DNA of 64,000 nucleotides, taken from NCBI GenBank assembly GCA_013265495.1, contig PNXW01004639.1:124001-188000 (forward strand). The letters are read 5' to 3'. Positions 41,641 to 54,569 of the stretch are shown here, in pieces. The translations under genes and the position numbers were made by a program. The notes below the pieces were generated by a model that saw only the letters and a list, made by a program, of their open reading frames with translations, had not been told where the DNA came from and ran no database searches. The stretch's first letter is position 1. Every line of letters starts with the position of its first letter. Source of the DNA: Vicugna vicugna. Lineage: Eukaryota.

Positions 41641-42702
41641 TTTTATCATCTTCATTGAATAAAGAATGATAATAGAGCCAGAATTAATGTAACTATCATG
41701 GTAAACACAGATGCGGGACAAAGCACATAAGTCAAAAATAGAATGAAAGGACTTACAGCGAGCACTGCACAGCTTTCCTGCTGTGTATCTGTAAAATGCC
41801 ACCTTTGACTAATAAAGAAGGTTGCACGGAAGTGAAGCACAGACGCCTTATAAACCAATCAGCAAACGAGGAGGTAATGCCATTTCCATTGTGCGCTCAG
41901 GAAATAAGTTTCCTGTCAAAAATAAAAGCCCCTTGTCCAGAACTAAAATAGCATGGCCATAATGTCCTAACGGCTTAATGAATCTAACAGCAAAGATTAG
42001 AGGTTCCTCCGAAATGTGTGAATTAGCAGAACTAGGTCTGATGTTGTGAAGTTGTGTTTGGGTAGGAACAGAGACTTCATTTTTTAAGAGTGAAAATTGA
42101 AAGTTAACATCGAGTTATCCTATGAAGAGCATGATACTTGAAATAAATAATCTCTAGAGACGTAAGTAGCCAGTCGCAATGATTTTAATTTGCCAGAGGC
42201 ATTTATTTCACAGGTAACTGTGATGATTTTCCCTAGGCTTCCCATTGTACTTTCAAGTATGTAAGTTCTGATATTTAGCCAGTGCCAACGTTTCATCTAT
42301 TTATAAAATCTCATGGACCCTGTTGCCATTTAGCAGAGCGAATACCCATTTGTAAACAAAACGGTGATACATTATAATAGCCAGAGGGCAGAGCTTTGCC
42401 TGGACAGAGATTCATCATTTCTTAATGTGGCACACCTCAATGCTTGCACTGTCATCAGGCAGTCTGAAAGGTGCTGGCCAGAGACAGATGACCTAAGCAA
42501 TGGCTGGAACTTAATCACAGCATCGGCACCTGCAGGTTGACACACACGCAGGGGAAATACTGCTTTCACTCTCATCCATGCTTATGGTTGGCCAAGTTAT
42601 AACAATGTTTGGACCAGAGGACATGTCAGAGAAAACTGCAGTCGTGTTCTGTATCAGTAATTGTATGACCTGTTGATGTGGTGTGGGCAAGTACCACATC
42701 AA

Positions 42703-43365
42703 AAATAATTCCCTTGAATATCTACCAGAAGTGGGCTTGCCCAATCACGTGGTACTTCTATTTGTAATTTTTTTGAGGAACTGCAATATTGTCTTCCATA
42801 GCGGCCACGTCATTTTACATTCCTACCAGAAGTGCACAAGGGTTCCAGTATCTCCACATCCTCAAACTGATAATCAGGATCTCAAGGAGGTATCTGCATC
42901 TCCATGTTCACTGCAGCATTGTTGACAACAGCCAAGAGATGGAAACAACCTAAATATCCATCAACAGATGAATGAATAAAGAAAATATGTATATACAAAC
43001 AATGGAATATTATATAATCTTGAAAAAGAAGGAAAGCCTGCCATATGCAACATGGATGTGCCTGGAGGACATGAGGCCAAGTGCAATGAGCCAGTCATAG
43101 AAGGACAAAGATGGTGTGATTCCATGACCTACAAGATCTAAGACAATCAGACTCAGAGAAGCAGAGAGTAGAATGGTGGTTACTAGGGTCTTGGGGTGGC
43201 GGAAGTGGGGACTTAGCTGTTCTACGAGTTTACAGTTTTATCTCTACAAAATAAATTCCAGAGATCTGCCATGCAATATGGTGCCCACAAGTAACAATAC
43301 TGTTTTGTGCTCTTGAAAATGTAAGCGGGTAGATCTCAGGTTAAGTGTTCTTACCAGAATTTTTA
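42703..43365 (+). mobile_element. L1 3' fragment with a 5' inversion (twin-priming structure)
   Basis: 42703-~42866 is antisense ORF2 and ~42867-43365 is sense ORF2 end plus 3'UTR; the two pieces are contiguous in the L1 consensus. Confidence 0.85.
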
Positions 43366-46300
43366 AAATCAGTCACTTGCAAATCAGCTGTAAACATTAT
43401 GCAACAATATATAAATGGGTTTATCAAGAGAGCCTTTTACTGACTATATGACACGCGGGAACCCCCAAATGGAAATCTAGAAATAAAATAACTTGATCCT
43501 TGTCACATATGCATTTAATGTCAAACCTATCCCCAAAAGTCCTTTATTTATGCCACCAGCAATATACATCTATGAGACAAATGAATCAAAGAAAATGATT
43601 TTTTGGTTTTCTTCTTTTTTTCCAGAAAAATGCTTTTCTTCCTATTACTGATTTGATAGTCTGACGAAAATATATTTTGCTGGAAAGTGCCTCTGTTTGG
43701 ACCAAAGAAGATTTTTCTATTCATATAACGTAGCAAGTTCAGTAATTTCACTAAGTATCAGAAATGACAGCGTGATCACCGGGAACAAAGCATTATAAGA
43801 TAAAGATACAGCTTCTTTCATATTCCAAAAATAGCTGAGTTGTAAGTTTTAGCACCATGGTTGATGCACATTCATTTCATAACTCCCTATTTATATCCTT
43901 TTCAGAGTTTTTGCATGTATATAAAATTCAAGAATATAGAATTTAATAAAATACAAGGCAGTGAGTGAATTTTTAATGTAAATTTTGTTGTGAGCTTTAT
44001 CAACCAAAGCCGTTAAAAAGGCTGTTTCTTTACCAGTGAATTAATGATAGAAGGACGGCCGGTGTAAACCACTCTGCCGACAGGCTGATAATGGAAGCGC
44101 AGTTGAAGCAGTAAAGCTTGCCAGCCGCTGATGAGACCCAGGAGAGGGTCCCTAACAGATGTTTCCCTGAGCAAATATATACTTTGCCTCCTCTGATTAT
44201 GATGGCCTTGAGAATTCGTGATTTGATTCAACATTCAGCTCCTCTTCAGCAGGCTCATAAAAATATGATTCTTACAAAGACTGGATTCTAAGTTTTCCTT
44301 TCTGAAGAACCAATATATAACATATTTATGGCACTCAGTCCCATATGGTGAAGCCGTGGTCCAGCAACACTGTTTATAACACTATAATTAAAGTTGTGTC
44401 AGCACTTTATTATGAACAAAAGGAGGCAGAGCCTTTCTGTTTTTGTTTTTGTTTTCATTTTGTCAAGCAGCCTCCGTGAGCAGAGTGCCCACTGGCTGCC
44501 GTGCTCAGCTCTGACCCCGTTTGTCTCCCACAAAGAAGAATTTCTGATTTCTTGCTCTCAGCTGAATGATTTGTGGACAGTTTAAAAGAGCTTTTTATTT
44601 TATAATTAATTTTTGGAAAACCAGGAGACTATTCTTGACAGACAGTTCCACCTTTCAGGCTCTGTCTAGTCATTATAATATCCTGGAGACTTCTTCCTGG
44701 AATGTGCGTTAGCAGGAAATACTTGGTGGTTTGTAAGAGCAATAAAACTCAATCAAGTCCATATAATTGTAATATATTATAATGCCTATCACTGGCATCT
44801 CTGTGGTTTTATTAATATCTGTTTCTGTGTATTAAAACCCTACTTATTTTAATTATTTCTTTCTCAAAATAGGCCATTTTCTAGCTTTTTTATTGGGTAA
44901 AAAATACCAAGATATACAATGACACTGTATATTTTGTTGTGTGATATTGGGCAGTTGGTTGAATGGCACCTCAGCCTCAGACTCCCTGACTGTTAGGTGT
45001 GGAAAATAAGAACATCAACTTCATCGTCAGTGTGCAGGTCAAACTGGACAGTCCTCGCCGGGGCTGAGCGCGGTGCCTGGCCTGCAACAGTGACCCAGCT
45101 GGTCCTCACCACACCCTGCCCTAGAAAGGCTCCATCCTGGTTGTGACCATAAGTAGGCTCCCCATCCTGCCGTTGCCTCATCCTGTGGCCATCTCACTTT
45201 CTGCCCAAAGCCAATCCTTTTTGAACATCCTGAACTCTTTTTTTTTTTGATTCAAACTCAAGCAATAAATTAATCCAATCAACGACTGCTGTAAGATTAA
45301 TAAGTTACCCTCTAGGTTCCACGAAGGGCAGAGTCCATATCTGTTTGGTTAACACAGTGCCTGACGCAGAGGCTTGTGCTTTGTAAGATACTAGCCCTTA
45401 GAGCTGTTAAAAGGCTATGACCTTACATGCAGTTACACAACTGCCTAAGTGAAAGCAATTCAGTTCTGAAGCTGTGAATCCAGTTTCTGCCCTGATTGGT
45501 AAAGTGAAAAAGGCAGCCTTGCTCTGGTATTGTTTTATTAACAGCTTTTGCATGAATCTAGTATTAGAACTGATAATAACTTGCATTTTCAACAAGAGGC
45601 TTTAAGCTAAAACTGGAAGACATACCGTGTTGCTTTCAAGGCGCACTAAGCCAACTGCCGGACGCAGGGATCAGCAGGGACCCAAAAACCCACAGAAATC
45701 CTGCGGCAAAAGGGAGTCCAGTATACCTCCCTTCACCTGCTTGCCAGGGCCTGAAAATGTTCGTGGCTGTTCAGTGCCTCTTATTGCTGAACACACAGTT
45801 GTCCCCAGCACTCCTGATTTACATTTGCAGAATTTCCAGGACTCCAGGAGCCTCTCTTATCCAATTGCATTTAACAGAATAATTGCATCTGTGCATAATT
45901 AAAAAGAAGAGGGATCTGGCTAATAATATTCCCCACTTATCTTTTGAGTATTATGTGTTTTTTAGGTCACCTTAAAATATGAATGAACAATCTCCTGTAC
46001 AATCTGGTGGAAGCCCAGTGATAATTGGGCTGTATCAAAAATTTATCCATGGTGTATTAACTAACACGGCGGCCTTTCACCCGTGATTCCACAGAAGCAC
46101 GAGCATACGTTCTAGGCTGTATTCAGAGGTTTCTTTTCATTTGCATTTTCAAATCTGACAGATGGCAGATTCAGTAATGTAGCCTTAAAAAAAAACGGCC
46201 TTAGTGCTTTATTATCACATTCGAAATATTTCCGCACGACCCGATGGGCATGAACATTCAAATCCTGGAAGGATTTTCCTGACTGTTACCAAGAGATAAT

Positions 46301-46525
46301 TCACAGGTGCCACCTCCCCTTACTAACTGGACCACTCTCAGCGGCTGAAAGCTGCTGGAGTCATTAACTGCCTGTGCATTACGCCGTTTCTCTCGCTGTC
46401 TAACCTGTCACCTGGCGCTCGCCGCGGTCCTTCCCGGCCTCACCGCCTCCTTCTCAGAAATGCCCATCAGGACCGCTGGGTCCTCGCCCGCCTCCTGCTG
46501 CCTGACGGGAGGCTGTTTTGCCATC

Positions 46526-46543
46526 GTCCTCCAGGGGGCGCTG
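46526..46543 (+). promoter_or_regulatory. Strong CTCF-like motif in a CpG-rich patch (~46380-46580)
   Basis: gtcctccagggggcgctg is close to the CTCF core CCACCAGGGGGCGC and lies in non-repeat DNA. Confidence 0.7.
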
Positions 46544-47809
46544 CTGGACCGTGAGCGGCTCCGGATGCTTAGCGCTGAGTTCTTGCCACTCTCCCTGCCG
46601 AGAAAGAGACTCTGTGATGTTAGACCAGTAGTGCCCGCCTTTAACCAGTGCTGTAGGCCATGGTTTCTACTTCTGATTCCAAAGGACAGCTTGCTTCTGT
46701 GAATGAGGTACAAACATCCAGCACCTTAAAGGTAGCTAAGTTCCTTTTCTGGGTGGTGGCTTTTGCAGAAAACGTGCACTGTCAGTGCAAACCTGTTAGT
46801 CTTAGCAGTTCGTTCTACTGGTCCGTACAGGCATCCTTCTTAGTGAATTCCATTAAAATACTGGCATTTTCTTGCCTTTTAGCTCATTGGACTTAATCTG
46901 TGAGTGAAGTGGTAAGCCTGAATCAGCTTGTTAGTTCTATTCTGTATTAATAATCATAGTAGTTTACACTATAGTCACATAATTATCATTACTGTGTATG
47001 GCTGTCTCAGTGCTCCTTACAGCAAATATTGGCTACATATCTGACTACACTAATGTCATTTAACATGTACCTAACCTACAACGAGCATGGATAGCTCGCT
47101 GTAACTTTTGTTGACAATGCAGGTGAAGCACTTAATAGTATCTCTTTTATTTCATAGTAACCTGTCCAGATCTTCTCAGTTTGCTTTTTATATACATTGT
47201 ATTTATTTATGTTAAAACGCACCTTAATTCAAGAGCAGTTTTAAATACGGTTTCTGTATGCAAAAGCATTTTCCACAGGGCATCAGCGATGGAAGTGAAC
47301 CAGCTGAGATGAGGAAGAGGATATCCGTTAAAAGGGGCAAATTCTCTGCCAAAAACGCGCCATTAATCATCACGTGCCATAAGAGTATAAAACATAAAGA
47401 GAATCATGTCACGGCCCTGCTAAACTCTTACGGTGACATCCGTTGACATGAAAGCGGAAGTTAAAGGGTCTGCAAGGCCCAGCGTGACCTGGCATCTCCC
47501 TCTCCAGCCTCTCCTTCGTTTGTCCGGCTCCTGTCTCCCCAGCCCTGCTCCCAGCTCCCAAGCTCACATCACACTGCCCTCCCCTAAGCTCCTTCCTTGA
47601 ACAGCACCCGCCGTTCCTGCCTGCTTGGCCCTCACACAGCTCCCCTTCGCCAGGTGCCTCCCTGGACTCGCCCCAGCTCCCAGCCACCCTCCTGTCCAAG
47701 GTCATCTTCAATGTCATTTTCTCAGAGTCCTCCCCTGCCTCTCCCTCCCTGGCACTCTCCCATAACACCCTCTGCTGCTCCTTCCTGGCCCTTGTGACAT
47801 TTGTCATTT

Positions 47810-48067
47810 TTTAAATTTTAATTTTTTAATTCTTATTTTTTATTGAAGTGTACAGCAAAGCAATTCGGTTATACGTATACATACATATATATGTTTTTTC
47901 AGATTCTTTTCCATTACAGCTCATTATAAGAAATTGAATATATGTTAACCACTGTGTATAAAATATATTTAAAAAAATTTCTTCTGCACAGCACAGGGAA
48001 CTATACTCAATATCTTATAATAACCTTTTAATAAAAAAGAATATGAAAATGAATATATGTATATATA

Positions 48068-48114
<47 letters not shown>

Positions 48115-48351
48115 GACTGGGACATTATGCTGTACACCAGAAATTGACACATTGTAACTGACTGTACTTCAATAAAAATAAATAAATAGAAAAAAATAAA
48201 GAGATTGAATACAGCTCCCTGTACTCTACAGTAAGTCCTTGTTGTTTATCTTTTTATATATAGTAATGTGTATCTATTAATCCCAAAGTCCTAACCTATC
48301 CCTCCCCCTGCCTTTCTCCCCTGATAACCAGCTTGTTTTCTATATCGATGA
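47810..48351 (-). mobile_element. Short L1 3' end (outer, antisense) with a 13-bp TSD
   Basis: TSD acatttgtcattt at 47797-47809 and 48352-48364; similar to the L1 3'UTR at 3000-3260. Confidence 0.88.
47941..48198 (+). mobile_element. Short L1 3' end (inner, sense) nested in the outer L1
   Basis: TSD aagaaattgaata (47928-47940) / aagagattgaata (48199-48211), A-rich tail, similar to 40990-41195. Confidence 0.88.
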
Positions 48352-49309
48352 ACATTTGTCATTTCTGATAGATTTTGTGTGATTTTGTGTCACAAGCCTA
48401 GGTCTGCCAATGACTGCCTTTGAGGCCTGTGTTTCTCAAATGTAAAATGCGGTGAAGATTCAATAACTAAAAGGCCCATCGTAATTACTATATAAGTGTT
48501 TATACAGTTATTTTCTTCTCTACTAGATATCCAGTACTGAGCCCTCAAAAGGTACTCACCATCTGAATTAGTGAATGACACGTCTTTTCCTTGTCCTCAT
48601 AGAAAACTGTAGGGACCCTGCCAGCTCACTGGGATATGGCTCTTGCTGTTCTTGAGTGTCGTGGAATAAAAATGGGGGTGAGAAATAAGAGACACAGGGC
48701 ACACAGATGGCAGACCCTGAACGCACTTCCCATTCTGTGTGGTCAGTCTCTTCCCCTCAACTCCAGAGATTAGAACAAGTCTGGTATACATTAGGGCTAA
48801 ACTCTGTGACAGCTCCTTAATACACTTACTCATCGGGCACTTTTTGAGCACCTGCTATTCCCTGGGCATTGTTCTGACTGTCAGGCTTGTAGGAGAGAAC
48901 CACACAAATAAAAACTCAGTGGGAAACCTTTTGGCTTATCTCCAATCTTTGTGGATTCCTAAAGTAAATGTGATGAGATATCTTGTACCCGCTTCCCCCC
49001 ACCCCCCCGACCCTGCAAAATTCGAGACCTATTTACTCCAGCTGCCCTGAGCAACTGTGGGACTCCAGAGCTGATCTGGGGTCTGGAACTACAGCCGTAG
49101 AAAATCTGACTAGATTAACGAAGTGCTTCTGGAATTGTATGCTGTGGTAGCGGCTGTTCCTGAAAATGCACCATCTGTGGACAAACGTGTATGAAGAACA
49201 ATCGTTTAAAAAAGAAAAAAGCTTTTTAAACTGTTGCTCCTGTGGCTTTACTTGCTTCGTTTTGTTTCATCTGGTGTTGACCCTGGGACCTTCTCCCTAA
49301 TGTATCTGT

Positions 49310-49555
49310 TTAAATACCAGATCAGACTTTCCTACTGGGCACACTTGGGCAAATTACTAAACCTTTCATTGTGTCTGTTTCCACATCTGTAAAATGGGAA
49401 TAATAATAATAATATATAATAATACTATAATATTATCATTATTATTATTATGAGAGTTATTGCCTTGTAAAACGGCTGAAGATTAAATGAGTCAATACAT
49501 GTAATCTGTATACTTCAGAACCTGACCCATGGTGAGCACTCAATTAATGTTAATT
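49310..49555 (+). mobile_element. MIR with an internal AT-rich expansion
   Basis: 'cttgggcaaattact...tctgtttccacatctgtaaaatggg...gattaaatgag...tgagcactcaattaatgtt'. Confidence 0.8.
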
Positions 49556-49939
49556 GTGTCATCGAGATTCTGTTTATATACCTCCTGCAGAACCAAGAAA
49601 GTCTTTGTTCCAGGAATTGATTTTTATAGAACACACTTGGGAAATATTAAACTTCGTCAGGACATTAAACATGCAGAAAGGGCCAATTGAGTTCATTCTG
49701 GCAACTTTAGAAGAAGCCCAGGGTCACCAGACACAGTCAGATCAGCCTTTGTAAGAAAGGCAAGGAGATAAAAACCAACCATCCATATTCCAGGGGAGCT
49801 TGGGGGGCCACTTCTGAGCCAGGAAAATCCTGTTCCAACCCAGCCAGCCTCAGTGACATTACAAAAAAAAAAAATGGAAAGCTCATGTTCCATGTGGCAA
49901 ATGGTGGCACAGCCTGGCTGTATTTAAAGTTAGGAGCTC

Positions 49940-50103
49940 AGAGGGAGGGGACAGCTCAGTGGTAGAGCTCATGCTTAGCACGCACAAGGTCCCAGCTTCT
50001 ATCCCTAGTGCGTCCTCTGAAAATAAATAAGTAAACCTAATTTATGAATAAATAAGCCTTAGAAACCTCCCACCCCCCCCATAAAATTTAAAATTTAAAA
50101 AAT
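49940..50103 (+). mobile_element. vic-1-like SINE
   Basis: 'agctcagtggtagagctcatgcttagca', A-rich tail, TSD aagttaggagctc/aagtgaagagctc. Confidence 0.88.
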
Positions 50104-53100
50104 AAGTGAAGAGCTCTAATATTACTAATAAGATCTCTTAAGTTTTCTCCAAAAATTGTGACTATAAAAATGGGACATGCAGATAGAATCTTATTGCAGT
50201 GAATGCCATCTAACCAAAAGTTGTTTTCCATATACAACGGATACATTTACAATGAATGCCCTACCTCTAAATGTCGTATAAGGCAATGTCATTCTCTTGC
50301 CTCTCTCCCAAATAAATTATTTAGAATTCTTTACCCCCAGATCCCTACCCTGTCCACTTAACCCTCCCAGTGAACCACCGAATATCATAATATAGAAAAC
50401 AGTCTTCCAGACAGAAAAGATGTACAGCTTTACACCTTCAATCTTCTTATTTTCTCTACCAAATCATTATGCAAGGCTGATCACCAGACGGATGGGAAAA
50501 CGAGATCAAGGGAGCAAATGAATTCAAGGGCAGAAGTCAGATGAGGAATCAGGAGTCTTGATACACAGATATACTGGAAATCAAGACAAAAGTGAAACAC
50601 TCATACATGATAGAAGTGGGGTTTGGTTATGTGTGTCTATAGGGTTATAGGTAAAGCAGGCACAGAGTGGTAGTTTGCAGCCTGGCTTTACCTGTGTGAT
50701 GTGTGGTTAAAAAGTCCCCTGACACGGAGGAACCTCGTTCATATCTTGGTGGTTCACATCCAAAGATGACGTCCGTCCTGCGTGACTGAGGAAGGACTGT
50801 GCCGGAATATTCAGGCGTCTCTGTGGCTGATGATTGCCTGTGGTTTCTTTCTCCTGATCTACCGCACTCTACGTTAATTAAAGCCTTACCTGAGTGTATA
50901 TCCGCTGGATGCTTGTCCAATGTAATCAATGCACTAACTTAGCGGACGCATTTCTTTTCATTGCTGATTTCAGGGGTTAAATGTGATGCTTGGTTCTATG
51001 GGTCCTCCAGCTCTGTTGCACTGGAAATGCAGTTTATCCTCACATTCTGTGTAGATCTAAATTCTACAGGAACAAAAATCAGCCAACTCATCCGTTTCAT
51101 TGTAACAATATTTTGAATGTGTGTCATATTCTGAATCTGTAGTTGGGGTCATAATTTTGATTTGTGTGATATAATTAAAAATACTCATTTTCAGTGAATT
51201 TAAAAATACCATGTGAAATAATGTTTAAAATGTTGTACCATGTATCTGTTAAGGTTATATTTCTTCCAAAGATCAATCTACATTGTTCAGAGGGTTTTGG
51301 AGGATGGAGTGAATTTGCTAGACATTCAATCAGAAGTGAGATGTAATTTTTTTCCCCGGTGATGCCGTTGGTATTTGCAACCCAGCATGGGCTGACTACT
51401 TAAAAGCAGTCAGAGGGCTTTGCCTTAGAAAGGTGTTCTTAAGTGTCAACTACTCCTACAGAAAAGGCCAGATAATAATCGAAACCTGACTTTAATAGGT
51501 AACCACCTTACTTTCTTTATTATATAAAGGAGATTGTTCTCACATCAGAGCTTGGGGAATAAATATTCTTAGGCAAGAATTACAAAGGTCAATGTATTAA
51601 CTAATAAAAGTTTGCAAGCAGAAGTTAAAATGTAAAATGCAACAAAATAATTTACCACAAAAGGAAAACATTCAACTAAAAGATCAGAAAGTACAGTTTT
51701 TAGAAAGTTCCTTCTCTTATTTTTTCCGTTTCACTGAGTTCTTTTTCAAATAATGAGGAAGTCCTTGCTTGGGAGAGATAAACAAGTATAAATAAAACAA
51801 ACACAACGGAAGTTAATGTCTGCACCTCTGAATCAGGCAGCTTCGCAAGCCAATTGAGCTTTCTCCTGTGGTTTCCGTGCGATCGATACTTTACATGCTG
51901 TGTGTGTGCATTTATCTTTCCGTTGAATCTTCCATAATAAAATGAATCCCCAGAGCTTCAAAAGTCAATTAGCCTCCAGTTATATTTTTCCTTTTTTTCC
52001 CTATGAATTTCTACTTCAGTTAAAAAGGCAGTTACTGATAAAAACAGCAACAACCACAATGACCTAAAAAACACGTGTACCTCGGATCTATGTCAACAGA
52101 TACATCAAGTTAGCCAACCTGTTAGTTGACAGTCAAGGGGTTGCCATGTGGTCAGCAGATTCAGGTTGGCCGGGTCGCCTGGGTGAGGAGACAGGCTCGT
52201 CCTTACCGTGGGGGGACTGGATCTTCCATTCCATGTTGTCAAAAGGTTAGCCGGGTCTGGCTGTGCCTGAAATGCAAATATATTAATGAGTCATATGCAA
52301 TGATTGGTTGAATGACTTCACTATATCAAGGCTTTGTCAGAAAAGAAAAATGCATTACCATTAAGTGTAAAACTAAATTTCAAAATCCCCTTTGCCATGA
52401 GCTGGGTGCCATCGACTTCAGTCTGGAAGAGTCACCCATCTTAGGAGTTTCATGACGTATAGTTTATATGTACACACTGTGAGAATCGAGTCAAGTATTT
52501 GCTGCTTACAGGTCTCATTACAAATAGATAAATGGGTTTGATTGTGAGTCTAAGTGAGGCAGTTCTCACTGAGGGGTAACACTAAACGCTGTGATTGGCT
52601 TGTTCAACCGAGATCCTACCCTATCTCTACCTGAAATTTGGAAAAACTGAAAACAGCATTTCTCCATGGCAACTAGGGTTCTGGATGCAAATTAAGTTCC
52701 TCGGATTAAATGCACTTGAGTGATATTTGAAAAGTGAGAAGGAGGTCGAAACCATTTTCTTGTGCCTTTTGATGTTCTCCCAACAAAACAAGACCATGGA
52801 AATGTGGAGAGTGCCTGCCTCATAAATTGTCCTTTTTCCTGCTTCTTTTGTTTTGATAGGCATGGTATCAGAGGCCGTATGGGGTTAGCTTCTTGGAACT
52901 GGACCCCGATCCCTGCACCAGGGCCATGCTCAGCGCCAGTGGTGGTCCCAGGGCAATGGGTCCCCTGTGGATCTGCCCTGGATTGTAGAAGACTTTCCTG
53001 ATGACCAGCTAATCTGCTTTCCAGTCATCCTTAAGGTCAGCCTATAATTCTCTATGTTTAATCTTTTCCTCTTTAAAATATTTAAGTGGAGCCTGTCTTT

Positions 53101-54569
53101 GCTTTGAGATCTGACGGATACAGCATCTCGCACTAAAAGCAGTTGTGAACAAAAGTCCTCAGTGATGGGGATTTGGGAGGGATTGTGAGGGCTGTTTGGG
53201 TGTGAAGCGAGGATGATTCCCCAAACCATTGAAAAATGGAAAACACATGTGTGCTCACAGCACACAGTGACTCATCACATATCCCATTAGTCACTTGAAG
53301 TGCAGGCTGGAGGGCGAGGCGTGGCCGACCACATGACCGAGGGGTAGACCGCTGGAGAGGAAATGAAGGATACAGAGCTCTGGCCATTTCTCGGTACTCT
53401 GGAGAGTTTAAAGAAGGAAAAGAAAAAAAAGAAAAAAGGACATACTCTCTGAGTTTTAAATTCTCAGCCCAAGACATGATTAGAAAATTTAAGGACCATT
53501 TATCATGACCCCTTGTGGCCACAAAACTGACACAGCCAGAAATCAGAGACAGAGTCGGTTCCTATAATTTGCTAAATCACAGCATAAATTGAATGCAAAG
53601 CCTTGCTATGCCTGGTATGTCAAAGCCTGAGCATTTGTTAAGAAAAAGCAGAATCCTGACTCAGGACGTTTTGGTGGGTTCAGATGGATGGACCTGACCT
53701 CTCTGCATCCCTGCAGAGCAGTGCAAATCCCTTTGCCGGCAGAACCAGTTCTTCCCTCTCTGATGAAACAAGCCCTGACTGGTGTGGACACCCTGTGATA
53801 CCTTCACCTGTCAAAGGAAAGGGATGGCAATGCCTTGCCTCAGCTCTCCTCTACTGCACCGCGTAGACACTGCACCTGGGGCAAAGTTAGATCCCAGCTC
53901 GTCCCCGGGGGACAAATAGAGCCTGACATGGAAGGAGGCACATAACACATCAAGATAGACCCATGACTCACCCAATATCTATTGGCAGAAAGCTCTGGAA
54001 TATGTGTGAGAATGGGTTCCAAGAGGGCCAGACAAAGGAAAAAGAAACGCAGCTATTGATCAGACCAGATATATCAACATGGGTGCACCTCCCAGAGATG
54101 AGCTGCTCACAGCGCTCACACAAGCCTCCCGACATGGTGCTAAATGCTTGCTTGGCTGGTAGAGTAGGCTCTGGAATCGGTGGGTGGCCTGCACTAAATG
54201 AAGGTGAGATGCCTAAAATTATGGGTGTAATATGGAAGGAGGAAATTTAAAACCTAGAAAGGTAAGAGTGGAATGGATTTATCTGATGAGCCTGTAAATC
54301 ACTCAGTCTACAAGAATTTCTCTGGAGGGGGCTTAGGGCTTACCTGGCCCTTAGAAATAAATTGCTTCTAAACCACCAAGGGAAAAATGGGAACCTATGA
54401 GTCCACACCAAAACATATTAAATGTAAATATATGTATATACACATGAATATATTCACCTTCATATATGTGTATACTTATATATTTTGGTATAGACTTTAT
54501 ATAAAATATATATAGTTTTATGTATATATATACAACATGTACTTATATATACAAAAGGAAGAAAGAGAG

